The notes: a model not told the origin generated them from the letters alone. A stretch of 64,000 nt of DNA from an uncultured Mycoplasmatota bacterium (GCA_900549625.1 URPE01000003.1:23107-87106); one strand, 5' to 3'; shown: positions 37,243 through 46,374, counted from the first letter of the stretch. Made by a program: numbers and translations.

Positions 37243-37407
37243 AAGTGCATTACTTTATGATAATCGCTTTGAATGCACTATATAATATCATAAATTCATA
37301 AAAAGTCAAGTTTTGGAAGAAACATTATGATTATTGAAACTGGTCAGCTGAAAAGAAAATCCCCTTTTTTATGTGGTATATGAATCTGTTCTCAAAGTAA
37401 TGCACTT
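37243..37407 (-). promoter_or_regulatory. Candidate invertible promoter, switch E. The promoter faces INTO the operon 37219-33980 (ON-like orientation).
   Basis: IR AAGTGCATTACTTT at 37243-37256, with its reverse complement at 37394-37407. Minus strand: TTGACT (37309-04), a 16-nt spacer and TGaTATTAT (-10 at 37287-82). The spacing (84 nt, then promoter, then 25 nt) mirrors switches A-D. Confidence 0.6.
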
Positions 37408-37420
37408 AAAGTAATTATTA

Positions 37421-37460
37421 AAAGAAAAATGAGCATAGTTAGAGTAAATCCAACTATGCT
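37421..37460 (-). terminator. Rho-independent terminator of the recombinase gene
   Basis: Minus strand: AGCATAGTT, an 11-nt loop and AACTATGCT, followed by CATTTTTCTTT. Starts 1 nt after the stop codon. Confidence 0.65.
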
Positions 37461-38555
37461 TTATTTGTAAAATGGTTTTAATTGATTCATCATTAAAACT
37501 TTATTTTCATAATTTGGGTGAACATATCTTTCTAATGTTATTTTGACGCTTGAGTGTCCCAATATTTCACTTAATGTTTTAGGATCACATCCGTTTTCAA
37601 TACATCTTGTTGCAAAAGTATGTCTTAATGCGTGAAAATTATACTTTTCTAATTCAATAGAGGTAAGGATTTTTTTATATCTGTTAAAAAAAGTTCTTGA
37701 TTCAACAAATTTTTCTGTTCCAGATATTAAAAATGTATTTGGTGTTGCATCAACAGATAATTCTTTTAGTGTAGGAATAATAAAATCTGGTATTGGTATT
37801 TCTCTTATTGATGATGCAGATTTTGGTTCATCAATAATAACAATAGTTTTTTTCTTAGGGTTCTCTTCTGGATTTTTAATTCTTACTAAAGTTTTCTTTA
37901 TATTTATTTTTTTATTATTTAAATCAATATTTTTCCATTGGAGAGCACATAATTCACCAATTCTCAATCCAGTATATAAACATAGATAAATACCAAAAGT
38001 TGTTTCATTTAGATTAGACATCAATTCTTTTTCTAGTATTAATTGTTCTTCCTTCTTTAAAATTTGTATTTCTGTTTTTGGTACTTTTGGCATAGGAATT
38101 TTTATATTAATATCCCCTGTTTTCAAAATTTGTTGTAATATTATTAATATATCTTTGACACTTTTAGCTGCCAATCCCTCATCAAGTAATTCAGCCGTAA
38201 ATTTATTTATAATATCTAGTGATATTGTTTTTTTCTTAACTTTTGCAAACTTAGGAATTATTCTTGATTTTAGAGTATATTGATAATTTGAAAAGGTCGA
38301 TTTTTTATTTTTAATTTTTGAATTGTTCATCCACAAATTAATATCATAACCAATATAATTTTTATCAAATATCAATAAATCATTATTTTGAAATAATTCT
38401 TCTATTTTGTTTTTGTAATTCTCAACTACTTCTTCCTCATTACTACCGTAAACAGATTTGTAATTAGATGTCCCATCATCCCTGTAACCATAATGAAATC
38501 TAATTTCAAACCTTCCATCCTTTCTCGAATAAATGTTTTCAATGTCTTCTTTCAT
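37461..38555 (-). CDS. Tyrosine site-specific recombinase (integrase/invertase family)
   Basis: Catalytic-domain motifs GLRIGELCALQWKNID and HALRHTFATRCIENG...LGHSSVKITLERYVH. The ATG at 38555 has an AAGGAGA RBS. Confidence 0.85.
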   Translation of the reverse strand: MKEDIENIYSRKDGRFEIRFHYGYRDDGTSNYKSVYGSNEEEVVENYKNKIEELFQNNDLLIFDKNYIGYDINLWMNNSKIKNKKSTFSNYQYTLKSRIIPKFAKVKKKTISLDIINKFTAELLDEGLAAKSVKDILIILQQILKTGDINIKIPMPKVPKTEIQILKKEEQLILEKELMSNLNETTFGIYLCLYTGLRIGELCALQWKNIDLNNKKINIKKTLVRIKNPEENPKKKTIVIIDEPKSASSIREIPIPDFIIPTLKELSVDATPNTFLISGTEKFVESRTFFNRYKKILTSIELEKYNFHALRHTFATRCIENGCDPKTLSEILGHSSVKITLERYVHPNYENKVLMMNQLKPFYK

Positions 38556-38783
38556 AAATTTTCTCCTTTCGCACAATATAATACATTTATCTTCGTAGTT
38601 TAAAAAAATTAGTTACTGCTGAATTAAATATTGTTGTATATTAAAATCACATTACAATCGCCTCCTTTAATAGATAAAAAAAGAACTCATTAAGAGTCCT
38701 TAAAAACAAAAAAATGCCATCTAATGATGACATTTAATATACATATTACTTTTTAATATAATGATTTTTATTTAGAACAGAAT

Positions 38784-39233
38784 TTAAGATATAATATCTG
38801 GATTATCAGTTCTTCCTAAAATATAATCGACAGATTTATTATAGAATTGAGCAATTATAACTACCTTCAATGTTGTTGGTTTTCTATCACCAACTTCAAA
38901 ATGTGAATAAGTTTGTTGAGCAAATCCGAGTTTTTCAGATACTTGTTCCTGAGATAGTTTAGCATCTTTTCTTAACTTAGCAAGTCTTTCACTAAATAAA
39001 GTCCAATCAACAAGCAAATCCCTATCTGGAGTATTTTTATTTCTTGTTAATCCTAACATATAATCAAATGTAACTTTATAATAATTTGCTAATACATTTG
39101 CTTGTTCTACTGGCATATCGTTAATTTCATTCTCCCACTTAGAATATGTATTTCTTTTTACTTTTAAAATATTAGCAATATCTCCTTGCCTTTTATCTTT
39201 TTCTATCCTCAACTCTTCAAATCTAGCCGTCAT
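38784..39233 (-). CDS. XRE-family regulator with two tandem HTH domains
   Basis: Two HTH_3-like units (QGDIANILKVKRNTYSKWE and QEQVSEKLGFAQQTYSHFE). Paralog of 48055-48507. Confidence 0.7.
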   Translation of the reverse strand: MTARFEELRIEKDKRQGDIANILKVKRNTYSKWENEINDMPVEQANVLANYYKVTFDYMLGLTRNKNTPDRDLLVDWTLFSERLAKLRKDAKLSQEQVSEKLGFAQQTYSHFEVGDRKPTTLKVVIIAQFYNKSVDYILGRTDNPDIIS

Positions 39234-39435
39234 TGCAATCACCTACATATTATTTTAAAGTAATTGCAACTAATTATTGACTTTTGGGACGCTATGGGGT
39301 AAAATTAGTATGTAGTAAAGTATGCAGTATAATATCAAATGGGAAAATACCATATTGATTTATATTGCATTTTTTTATTATAATTTTACTGTTAAAGAAT
39401 GGAGGTGAAATAGATTATTTCGTATATTAGGGCAT

Positions 39436-39459
39436 AAAAAAACTTCTATTTGTTAGAAG
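39436..39459 (-). terminator. Rho-independent terminator overlapping the stop codon of 39446-39670
   Basis: Minus strand: CTTCTA-ACAAA-TAGAAG followed by TTTTTTT. Confidence 0.55.
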
Positions 39460-39670
39460 CATCTTTTGTAATAACTATTTTCATGTTATGAATTTTTGCA
39501 ATATGTAATAATGTATCAACGGTACAGTGTCTACTTCCAGATTCTAAAGATTGTATACTTCGTTCTGATCTATTAATAGTTTTGCCAAACTCTTTTTGAG
39601 TTAGTCCAGTCCACTCTCTCAAAATTTTCAGAATATCTTCAGTTGAGTATCCTTCAGCCTGTAATTTCAC
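39446..39670 (-). CDS. Small XRE/Cro-like HTH protein
   Basis: 74 aa with LTQKEFGKTINRSERSIQSLESG. Confidence 0.6.
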   Translation of the reverse strand: MKLQAEGYSTEDILKILREWTGLTQKEFGKTINRSERSIQSLESGSRHCTVDTLLHIAKIHNMKIVITKDASNK

Positions 39671-39754
39671 TCTACCACCTCACTCCATACAAATAGTATG
39701 TAACAAATTATACCTTAATATGCTGTCAATAAAGACGCAACCTGCACGACTTGT

Positions 39755-40054
39755 GTGGCTAGAAATAATAAAAATAACATGAGAAGTAAATTTTATTTTT
39801 ATCTGATATGCAAAACTTTAAAGAAAGAAAAAAATAAATATGAAAATATGGGATATATAATAAGCAAAGGAAAAAATAATATAAACATTAAATATGAAGA
39901 AAATAATTACAAACTATTTGTTTTAAAAGAAAAAAATGAATATTACTTAAAGTTAGTCCCTTATAAAAATTCATATTTCCAAACAGATTTAAACTACAAA
40001 GATTTAAAGCTTAAAATTCACATGTCTTTATTTGCAATTACTGAAAGTAAATAA
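39755..40054 (+). CDS. Hypothetical protein
   Basis: 99-aa, very AT-rich ORF on the plus strand with a non-ATG start in the track. An alternative ATG lies at 39779. Confidence 0.3.
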   Translation: MARNNKNNMRSKFYFYLICKTLKKEKNKYENMGYIISKGKNNINIKYEENNYKLFVLKEKNEYYLKLVPYKNSYFQTDLNYKDLKLKIHMSLFAITESK

Positions 40055-40063
40055 TCAAACTAT

Positions 40064-40753
40064 ATGAATGATAATTTATTAGAAAAAAGAAATGAAATAA
40101 TAAAATTATCTAGCGAAAATACTGATGATATAAATATGATTATATACATTTTTGCAATTAATCATAAACTTGACAATCTGTTAAACAAACTTGATGATAC
40201 AAATATCATAACAAACTCAAAATCTATCGTAAAAAAAGGATATTTAACACCAATTGAACATTTTTATCAAGTATTGTATTGCTTCATTAATCATATAAAT
40301 ACTAATTTATGGTTTATATCAAGAAGTAAAAATTTTATAATTGAAAAAATTATAAACAATAAAGAAGCTGAAGATGTTTTGTTTTACAAAAAATATATTC
40401 ATGACAACAGCAATATTCCATATTATCAAAATCATTTTGACAAAGCCTTAGTTGCTAATTTTTATAGATTTATAAAAACTATTCCAATTAGTGAAATAAT
40501 ATATAGTTTTTTCAAAAAATATGACTTAGATATTTTCAATTTAAATATAGATTCAAATGAAAATATTAGTAAATTATTTTATATATTAAAATTAATTTGT
40601 ATTGCCAATAATCATGCTTATGGATTATTTTACATGTTTGATGATGTAATAAATCAAAAAGGAATACAACACATTACAGGAAATTTTGAAATCTTAATAA
40701 TGAGAGCTAAAAAATATGAAAAAATATATAATAATCTATTAAAAGATTGCTAA
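40064..40753 (+). CDS. Hypothetical protein
   Basis: 229-aa plus-strand ORF. No motif recognised. Confidence 0.45.
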   Translation: MNDNLLEKRNEIIKLSSENTDDINMIIYIFAINHKLDNLLNKLDDTNIITNSKSIVKKGYLTPIEHFYQVLYCFINHINTNLWFISRSKNFIIEKIINNKEAEDVLFYKKYIHDNSNIPYYQNHFDKALVANFYRFIKTIPISEIIYSFFKKYDLDIFNLNIDSNENISKLFYILKLICIANNHAYGLFYMFDDVINQKGIQHITGNFEILIMRAKKYEKIYNNLLKDC

Positions 40754-40767
40754 AGGATGGTTAATTA

Positions 40768-41262
40768 ATGAAATACAATACAGAAGATAATGAAGATTTT
40801 TCATACACAATTAATAGCGAAATTGACCAAGCTATTCCTTATTTAGACACTTTAATTAGTGAAACTAAAAAGCTAAAAAAAGGTTACTTTAAAGAGATAG
40901 ATAATAATCCTTCATTATTAAAACTAATTAAATTTAAACTAAGGAAAAACAAATGTAATTCACTTGATTATAATAAAAAATATTTAAATTCTAAAGTTTT
41001 TAAAAAAGATGGATACACTTTCACAATAAAAATTATTCGTACAGTTAATAAAGATATATTTAATCCTCAATATGTATACCAATTTTACTCCACTTTAAAA
41101 TATGGCAAAGAAACTAGAGATAAACTTTTATACGAAGAATTTTTAGACAAAGATCAAGCGATAAAATATTTTCTTCAGATGGAAGGTGTATTTAAAAATC
41201 TTAAAAGAAGAGATTTAATTGAAAAAATTTTCAGAGATTTTCTAAATAAAATCAATTCATAA
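40768..41262 (+). CDS. Hypothetical protein
   Basis: 164-aa plus-strand ORF with RBS AAGGATGG upstream. Confidence 0.45.
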   Translation: MKYNTEDNEDFSYTINSEIDQAIPYLDTLISETKKLKKGYFKEIDNNPSLLKLIKFKLRKNKCNSLDYNKKYLNSKVFKKDGYTFTIKIIRTVNKDIFNPQYVYQFYSTLKYGKETRDKLLYEEFLDKDQAIKYFLQMEGVFKNLKRRDLIEKIFRDFLNKINS

Positions 41263-41341
41263 ATCAATTATTGACAGTAATTGATTTTTTTATTAGAAAA
41301 AGCAGATAGTTTAAAAAATCTGCTTAATAATTATAGTATAT

Positions 41342-42238
41342 TTATTGTAATTCTATAATAATCTTTAATTGATTGTTATGCTTTTCTGCATAAATATTAC
41401 CATTTAATTGTTTAGTAAATTCTTTTGCTATAGCTAATCCTAGACCAGTTCCCTCTTTTGTTCTTGATATATCTACGGTATAAAACTCATCAAAAATTCT
41501 ATCAATATCAACATCATTATCTAATAATTCATTACTAAAAATTATTTTTACTTTATTTTCTATTTCTACTTTTATATTTAAATCACTATTACTATGTTTA
41601 TAAGCATTTCCTATTAAATTCTCAAAAATTCTTGTTAATAACATTTTATTGGAATTTATAATTATTTTTCTTTGGTTACAATCTAATAATATTTCCCTGT
41701 TATTCTTTTTATAATCATCATAAAAAACAATAACGCTTTCTTCTAAAACAGAAGTTAAATTAATCTTTTCTAATACTGGTTGTTTATTAGTTGATATTAT
41801 TTTTGAAAATTCAAAGAAAGAACTTATTAATTCTTCTAATCTTCTTAATCTCTTTTCAATCGTGATTAAATCCTTTTTCTTTTCTTCTTCACTCAAATCA
41901 GTTTTCAAAATAATATCAATATACCCTAATGCAGAAGTTAATGGGGTTCTAAGATCATGAGAAATATTTGTCATCATCTTCATTAATGATTTATTCTTAT
42001 TACCATAATCAATTTTTATATTTTTTGACTCTGTTAATAAATTATTTATTTTATATATAAGATTATTTATATTTTTTAAATTATACTTTGAATGAATTAG
42101 TGTATTACTATCCAAATCTTTTATATTATCAATTTCTTTCGATATATGTTTTACTTCATTATGATATAAAAAAAGATAAGTAAGCAATATGATTATAACA
42201 ATAATTAAAATAATTATAATAAATTCCATACTTATCAC
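41342..42238 (-). CDS. Sensor histidine kinase with a single N-terminal TM and no extracytoplasmic domain
   Basis: H-box (NISHDLRTPLTSALGY), N-box-like region (IGNAYKHS) and G-box (GTGLGLAIAKE). Confidence 0.8.
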   Translation of the reverse strand: MISMEFIIIILIIVIIILLTYLFLYHNEVKHISKEIDNIKDLDSNTLIHSKYNLKNINNLIYKINNLLTESKNIKIDYGNKNKSLMKMMTNISHDLRTPLTSALGYIDIILKTDLSEEEKKKDLITIEKRLRRLEELISSFFEFSKIISTNKQPVLEKINLTSVLEESVIVFYDDYKKNNREILLDCNQRKIIINSNKMLLTRIFENLIGNAYKHSNSDLNIKVEIENKVKIIFSNELLDNDVDIDRIFDEFYTVDISRTKEGTGLGLAIAKEFTKQLNGNIYAEKHNNQLKIIIELQ

Positions 42239-42245
42239 CTGTCTT

Positions 42246-43079
42246 TTATTTTATTTCAGCTTTTTTAAAAGAATAATAACCAATTATGTTAAATATAGCA
42301 CAATATGCAACACCTAATATAATACAACTAATAATATATGTATTTGTTGGACTATCAACCAATTTTATTAAAGCCGTTTGGATTTCATAATCATTAATCC
42401 AAGTAATATTTAACTTAAATAAATTAGTTACACTTATCATAATTATTTGAATTACAACAATTAATGGTATTGATATTGAATTAAATAGAGATACTTTTTT
42501 AAATACAAAAGCTAAACATACTAATAGACTAATTATACCATATAATAACGGTAATTGTATAATTGTTAATTTTGTAAATTCTAATAATGGTGTTGAAAAT
42601 GCTTTACCATTTATAATTAAATTTAAAAGATATGCACCATAATTATTAAATAAAATCAAAAATGTACTTAAACCTAATATTAGTAACAACTTAGAAAAAT
42701 AATATTCTTTTCTTGAAATTGCAGATGATATAGTATTTTTTATAGACTTAGTAGAAAAATCTGTTGCTAACACTATAACTGTTATTACTATAAAAAAATA
42801 GTATAAATTTGTATTTGTTCCTATTATTTCTTTATCTAATGCAAAAGCACCACTATTCTTTATTATTTTCCTATATTCTCCTAATGTTTTTGCATTATTT
42901 ACTTCTGTTGCCAATCCTACATCACTTGTATCTGAACCTGTGCCAAATGATAAACCTATAGTTCCAGCAGATATTCCAACTACACTTACCATTGTTAAAA
43001 TGATAATTATTGCTAAAACTATGTATATAGCTTTACCCTTTAAAATTCTATATAAATCAGATTTAATTATATTAATCAT
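42246..43079 (-). CDS. ABC-2-type transporter permease
   Basis: 277 aa with about 6 TMs, immediately downstream of the ABC ATPase. Confidence 0.65.
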   Translation of the reverse strand: MINIIKSDLYRILKGKAIYIVLAIIIILTMVSVVGISAGTIGLSFGTGSDTSDVGLATEVNNAKTLGEYRKIIKNSGAFALDKEIIGTNTNLYYFFIVITVIVLATDFSTKSIKNTISSAISRKEYYFSKLLLILGLSTFLILFNNYGAYLLNLIINGKAFSTPLLEFTKLTIIQLPLLYGIISLLVCLAFVFKKVSLFNSISIPLIVVIQIIMISVTNLFKLNITWINDYEIQTALIKLVDSPTNTYIISCIILGVAYCAIFNIIGYYSFKKAEIK

Positions 43080-43080
43080 A

Positions 43081-43995
43081 TTATTTTGCCTCCTTTATCA
43101 ATGACTTAAAGTAATCTTCTAGTGATATACCAGTTTCCTTAATTTGCTTAACATTTATATCATTTTTTACAAGAGTTCTATTAACCGTTTCAACATTTTT
43201 CAAATAATCATAAAGTCTTATTTCTTCTTTATCTACAACCTTATAATTAGTTGTTTTTAAATCTTTTTCCAAAGCAATAGATGCTTTTTCTACATCATCA
43301 GTATTAATTACAATACATTTTGAACACTCAATATCTAATTCTTCTTTAGTTAGTTCTTTAACAACTTTACCTTTTTCTATTATACAAAAACGAGTTGCTA
43401 ATAAGTATAATTCAGATAATATATGACTAGATATTAAAATAGTAATATTTCTTTCCTTATTTAATTTTTTGAATGTATCTCTTAAATCACTAATACCAAT
43501 TGGATCAAGTCCATTAATTGGTTCATCTAATATTATAAAATCTGGATTATCTAATATTGCAAATGCAATTCCTAATCTTTGTTTCATTCCAAGAGAAAAA
43601 TTTTTAAATTTTTTCTTCTTTGCATCTTCTAAGCCTACTAGTTTTAAAGATTCATTAATTTGCTCATAATTAGTAATACCTTTTTGAATTGCATAATATT
43701 TCAAATTATCATACGCACTTAAATTAGGAAAAAATGCAGGATTTTCAATTAATGATCCTATTCTTTTTTTGGTTTCAGTTAGATCATTATCATTATGATT
43801 AAACAATGTAAATCCACCACTTGTTTTATTTGATAATGTTGTAATTATTTTCATCAAAGTTGTTTTCCCTGCACCATTTCTACCAATCAAACCATATATA
43901 TCTCCTCTGTCAATTTCAATATTGATTTTATCAAGAGCAACAAAATCTTTATATTTTTTAGTTAAATTGTTAGTTTTTAAAATTATTTCTTTCAT
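43081..43995 (-). CDS. ABC transporter ATP-binding protein
   Basis: Walker A (GRNGAGKTT), signature (LSLGMKQRLG) and Walker B (IILDEP). The ATG at 43995 has a GGAGGAA RBS. Confidence 0.85.
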   Translation of the reverse strand: MKEIILKTNNLTKKYKDFVALDKINIEIDRGDIYGLIGRNGAGKTTLMKIITTLSNKTSGGFTLFNHNDNDLTETKKRIGSLIENPAFFPNLSAYDNLKYYAIQKGITNYEQINESLKLVGLEDAKKKKFKNFSLGMKQRLGIAFAILDNPDFIILDEPINGLDPIGISDLRDTFKKLNKERNITILISSHILSELYLLATRFCIIEKGKVVKELTKEELDIECSKCIVINTDDVEKASIALEKDLKTTNYKVVDKEEIRLYDYLKNVETVNRTLVKNDINVKQIKETGISLEDYFKSLIKEAK

Positions 43996-44067
43996 TTTTA
44001 TTCCTCCATCAATTAAATTATACAAAAAAAGAGTTAAATAACTCTTAACACAATTCTTAAAAAAGTC

Positions 44068-44736
44068 TTAATTTTTTAATCTGTATCCAATACTCCAAAC
44101 ATTTTCTATGTATTCTTCATTTGGATTGCATTCTTTTAACTTATTTTTTATTTTACTAATATGCACATTTAAAGTATTATCATCAGCTGAATTTTCATCA
44201 TTCCAAATAGCATCAAAAATAGCACTTTTAGTTAGAGTCTGATTTTTATTTTCAATTATTAACTTTAGTAATTCGAATTCTTTTTTAGTAAATGATACAT
44301 TTTTACCATTGCACTTTACTGAAAAATTATTTTTATCTAATTCTATATCCTTAAATTTCAATATATTAGAAAAAGTATTATTATCTCTTAATTGAACTTT
44401 GATTCTAGCAATTAATTCATCATTATTAAAAGGCTTTGTTACATAATCGTTTGCACCCAATGAAAATAAATCTATTTTTTTATTAACATCTTCAATAGCA
44501 CTCATAACAATTACAGGAACATTATTTTTTTCTTTTAATTCTTTAATAATTTCTTCACCATTTTTGCCAGGTAACATTAAATCTAATAATATTAAATCAA
44601 CATTATCACTATGAACCAATAGTCCTTCTGTTCCAGAATACGCATTCTCTACATTAAAACCATTATTAGTTAACAATGCAGTAAGCATTTCATTTATATC
44701 TTTATCATCTTCTATTATTAATATTGTACTTTTCAT
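44068..44736 (-). CDS. OmpR-family response regulator
   Basis: Receiver domain (ILIIEDD...LILLDLMLPG...K) and a winged-helix C-terminus (FTKKEFELLKLI...GYRL). Confidence 0.85.
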   Translation of the reverse strand: MKSTILIIEDDKDINEMLTALLTNNGFNVENAYSGTEGLLVHSDNVDLILLDLMLPGKNGEEIIKELKEKNNVPVIVMSAIEDVNKKIDLFSLGANDYVTKPFNNDELIARIKVQLRDNNTFSNILKFKDIELDKNNFSVKCNGKNVSFTKKEFELLKLIIENKNQTLTKSAIFDAIWNDENSADDNTLNVHISKIKNKLKECNPNEEYIENVWSIGYRLKN

Positions 44737-44852
44737 TTAAATGCATCAACTCTTTCAACTACTATTTATTTAACTATTATTTCAAACACTTTAATTATAA
44801 CATAAAAAAGCAAATCTTATTATAGATCTGCTTGATAAATTGTAATTTATGA

Positions 44853-45437
44853 TTATTTATATAATCTAATAACTTGATATTCATAATGATCATTGGCATT
44901 TGAGATTCCTACTGAAATGCCTTTACCATTATTAGCTGTTTCTTTAGCAGAAGATTTTTCTTTGGCTTCTTTTAACAATTCATCAATTTCAGAATCAGTA
45001 ATTTCTTCATTGTTGGCTTTAATCAAAAGTTTTGTATACTTTATAGCAGTGGTTTCATCATACTTGTCATTATCCATATAAATAGCACTCATACCAAGAA
45101 TATCTTTTTCTTTATTTCCAGATGATTCAACTGGTTTTAGGTAGAATGCAACATCATCGGTTAGTGCAAACCAATATTTACCATTATCCACAACCATATA
45201 ATCATCACTAGCAGGTGTATTTAAACCACCATCCATTATTTCAGTATTAAATTTAGCAAGAATAGTATTTACAGTTTCTTTCTCAACCCATCCATATTTT
45301 TTATAAGTTTCTTCTAAATCATTTTTAGCATCTTCTAATTCTTTTTTAGAATCACTAACTGGATTGCTACATCCAGCAAGTCCTAAAGCCATAACTCCAC
45401 AAAGTAAAATCGCAAATAATTTCTTTTTCATTTTCAT
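44853..45437 (-). CDS. Lipoprotein
   Basis: Lipobox LGLAGC after a signal peptide. The start is ambiguous (ATG at 45437 or 45431) after GGAGGAG. Confidence 0.6.
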   Translation of the reverse strand: MKMKKKLFAILLCGVMALGLAGCSNPVSDSKKELEDAKNDLEETYKKYGWVEKETVNTILAKFNTEIMDGGLNTPASDDYMVVDNGKYWFALTDDVAFYLKPVESSGNKEKDILGMSAIYMDNDKYDETTAIKYTKLLIKANNEEITDSEIDELLKEAKEKSSAKETANNGKGISVGISNANDHYEYQVIRLYK

Positions 45438-45450
45438 TTCTCCTCCTATA

Positions 45451-46335
45451 TTACTCAAACATTATTGAGTCCATAATAAATTTACTAACTTCTAGCCATT
45501 CACTCATTTGTTCTTTTGTACAATTAAAATTAACTAATCTTAATTTATCATTAACAGAAAATGCAATAATATGATTATAGATTTCTGTATCTGATCCTTG
45601 TGTTGTAAATTTCATTTCACCAATTTTATGATTGTTTCTTTCCCAAAAATTTAATTTTACATCTTTTGAATAATTTTTATAAGTCGATTCCATTGTTTTG
45701 ACATATTCTTCTATCTGACTATTTTTCATTGTAACATCATTCATAACTAGTGCTAGATTAATTGTTGTTTTGTCATTTGTGTAAACAAGTGATGGTGCAT
45801 TTCCATTTGTATATTTAACATTAACAATTTCATCACTCATTATTTTAAATTCACTTGGAATCTTTATTTTAAATCCATCAAACATTTCATATTGTGTTTC
45901 AATGTTATTACCCTTATTGGTAGTAATGACTAATGTGTTTTCAATTTCACTTAAATTTTCAGTTTTTGTAATATTTGGTATTGTTATAATAGCCCAAATA
46001 ATTAAAATTGTTATGCTAATTATCAAACATACATTTAAAAACTTTGTTTTATCTTTGTATTCTGGTATTTTCTTTTCCTTTAAATAATATTGATACATAT
46101 TTTTAATATCTAAGTCATTCTTTATATCAAATACTGCAATAAGAAGTGCCATAATAATAATTAAAAGTGTATTAATGATTATTATATTAAATGGAATCAT
46201 ATTATTTATTATCAGTATAATATTTGGTATAACTATAATTGCTAATAACAATATAAGGATCATTTCATAAACATAGTAGTTCTTAAATGCCTTATTTTCT
46301 TTCTTCATCATTTTTTTAAATTCTTTTTTCTTCAT
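45451..46335 (-). CDS. Membrane protein
   Basis: 294 aa with three hydrophobic segments followed by a soluble C-terminal domain. Confidence 0.5.
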   Translation of the reverse strand: MKKKEFKKMMKKENKAFKNYYVYEMILILLLAIIVIPNIILIINNMIPFNIIIINTLLIIIMALLIAVFDIKNDLDIKNMYQYYLKEKKIPEYKDKTKFLNVCLIISITILIIWAIITIPNITKTENLSEIENTLVITTNKGNNIETQYEMFDGFKIKIPSEFKIMSDEIVNVKYTNGNAPSLVYTNDKTTINLALVMNDVTMKNSQIEEYVKTMESTYKNYSKDVKLNFWERNNHKIGEMKFTTQGSDTEIYNHIIAFSVNDKLRLVNFNCTKEQMSEWLEVSKFIMDSIMFE

Positions 46336-46374
46336 AATCTCTCCAATTTATTACTATAAATTCATCATTTACAA

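Noticed and set aside
38577-38783. The intergenic region upstream of the recombinase gene read as an att site or element boundary.
   Set aside because: It contains only weak imperfect hairpins and no repeat that recurs elsewhere in the window. The shared palindrome regulon on both sides argues that the element continues across this point.
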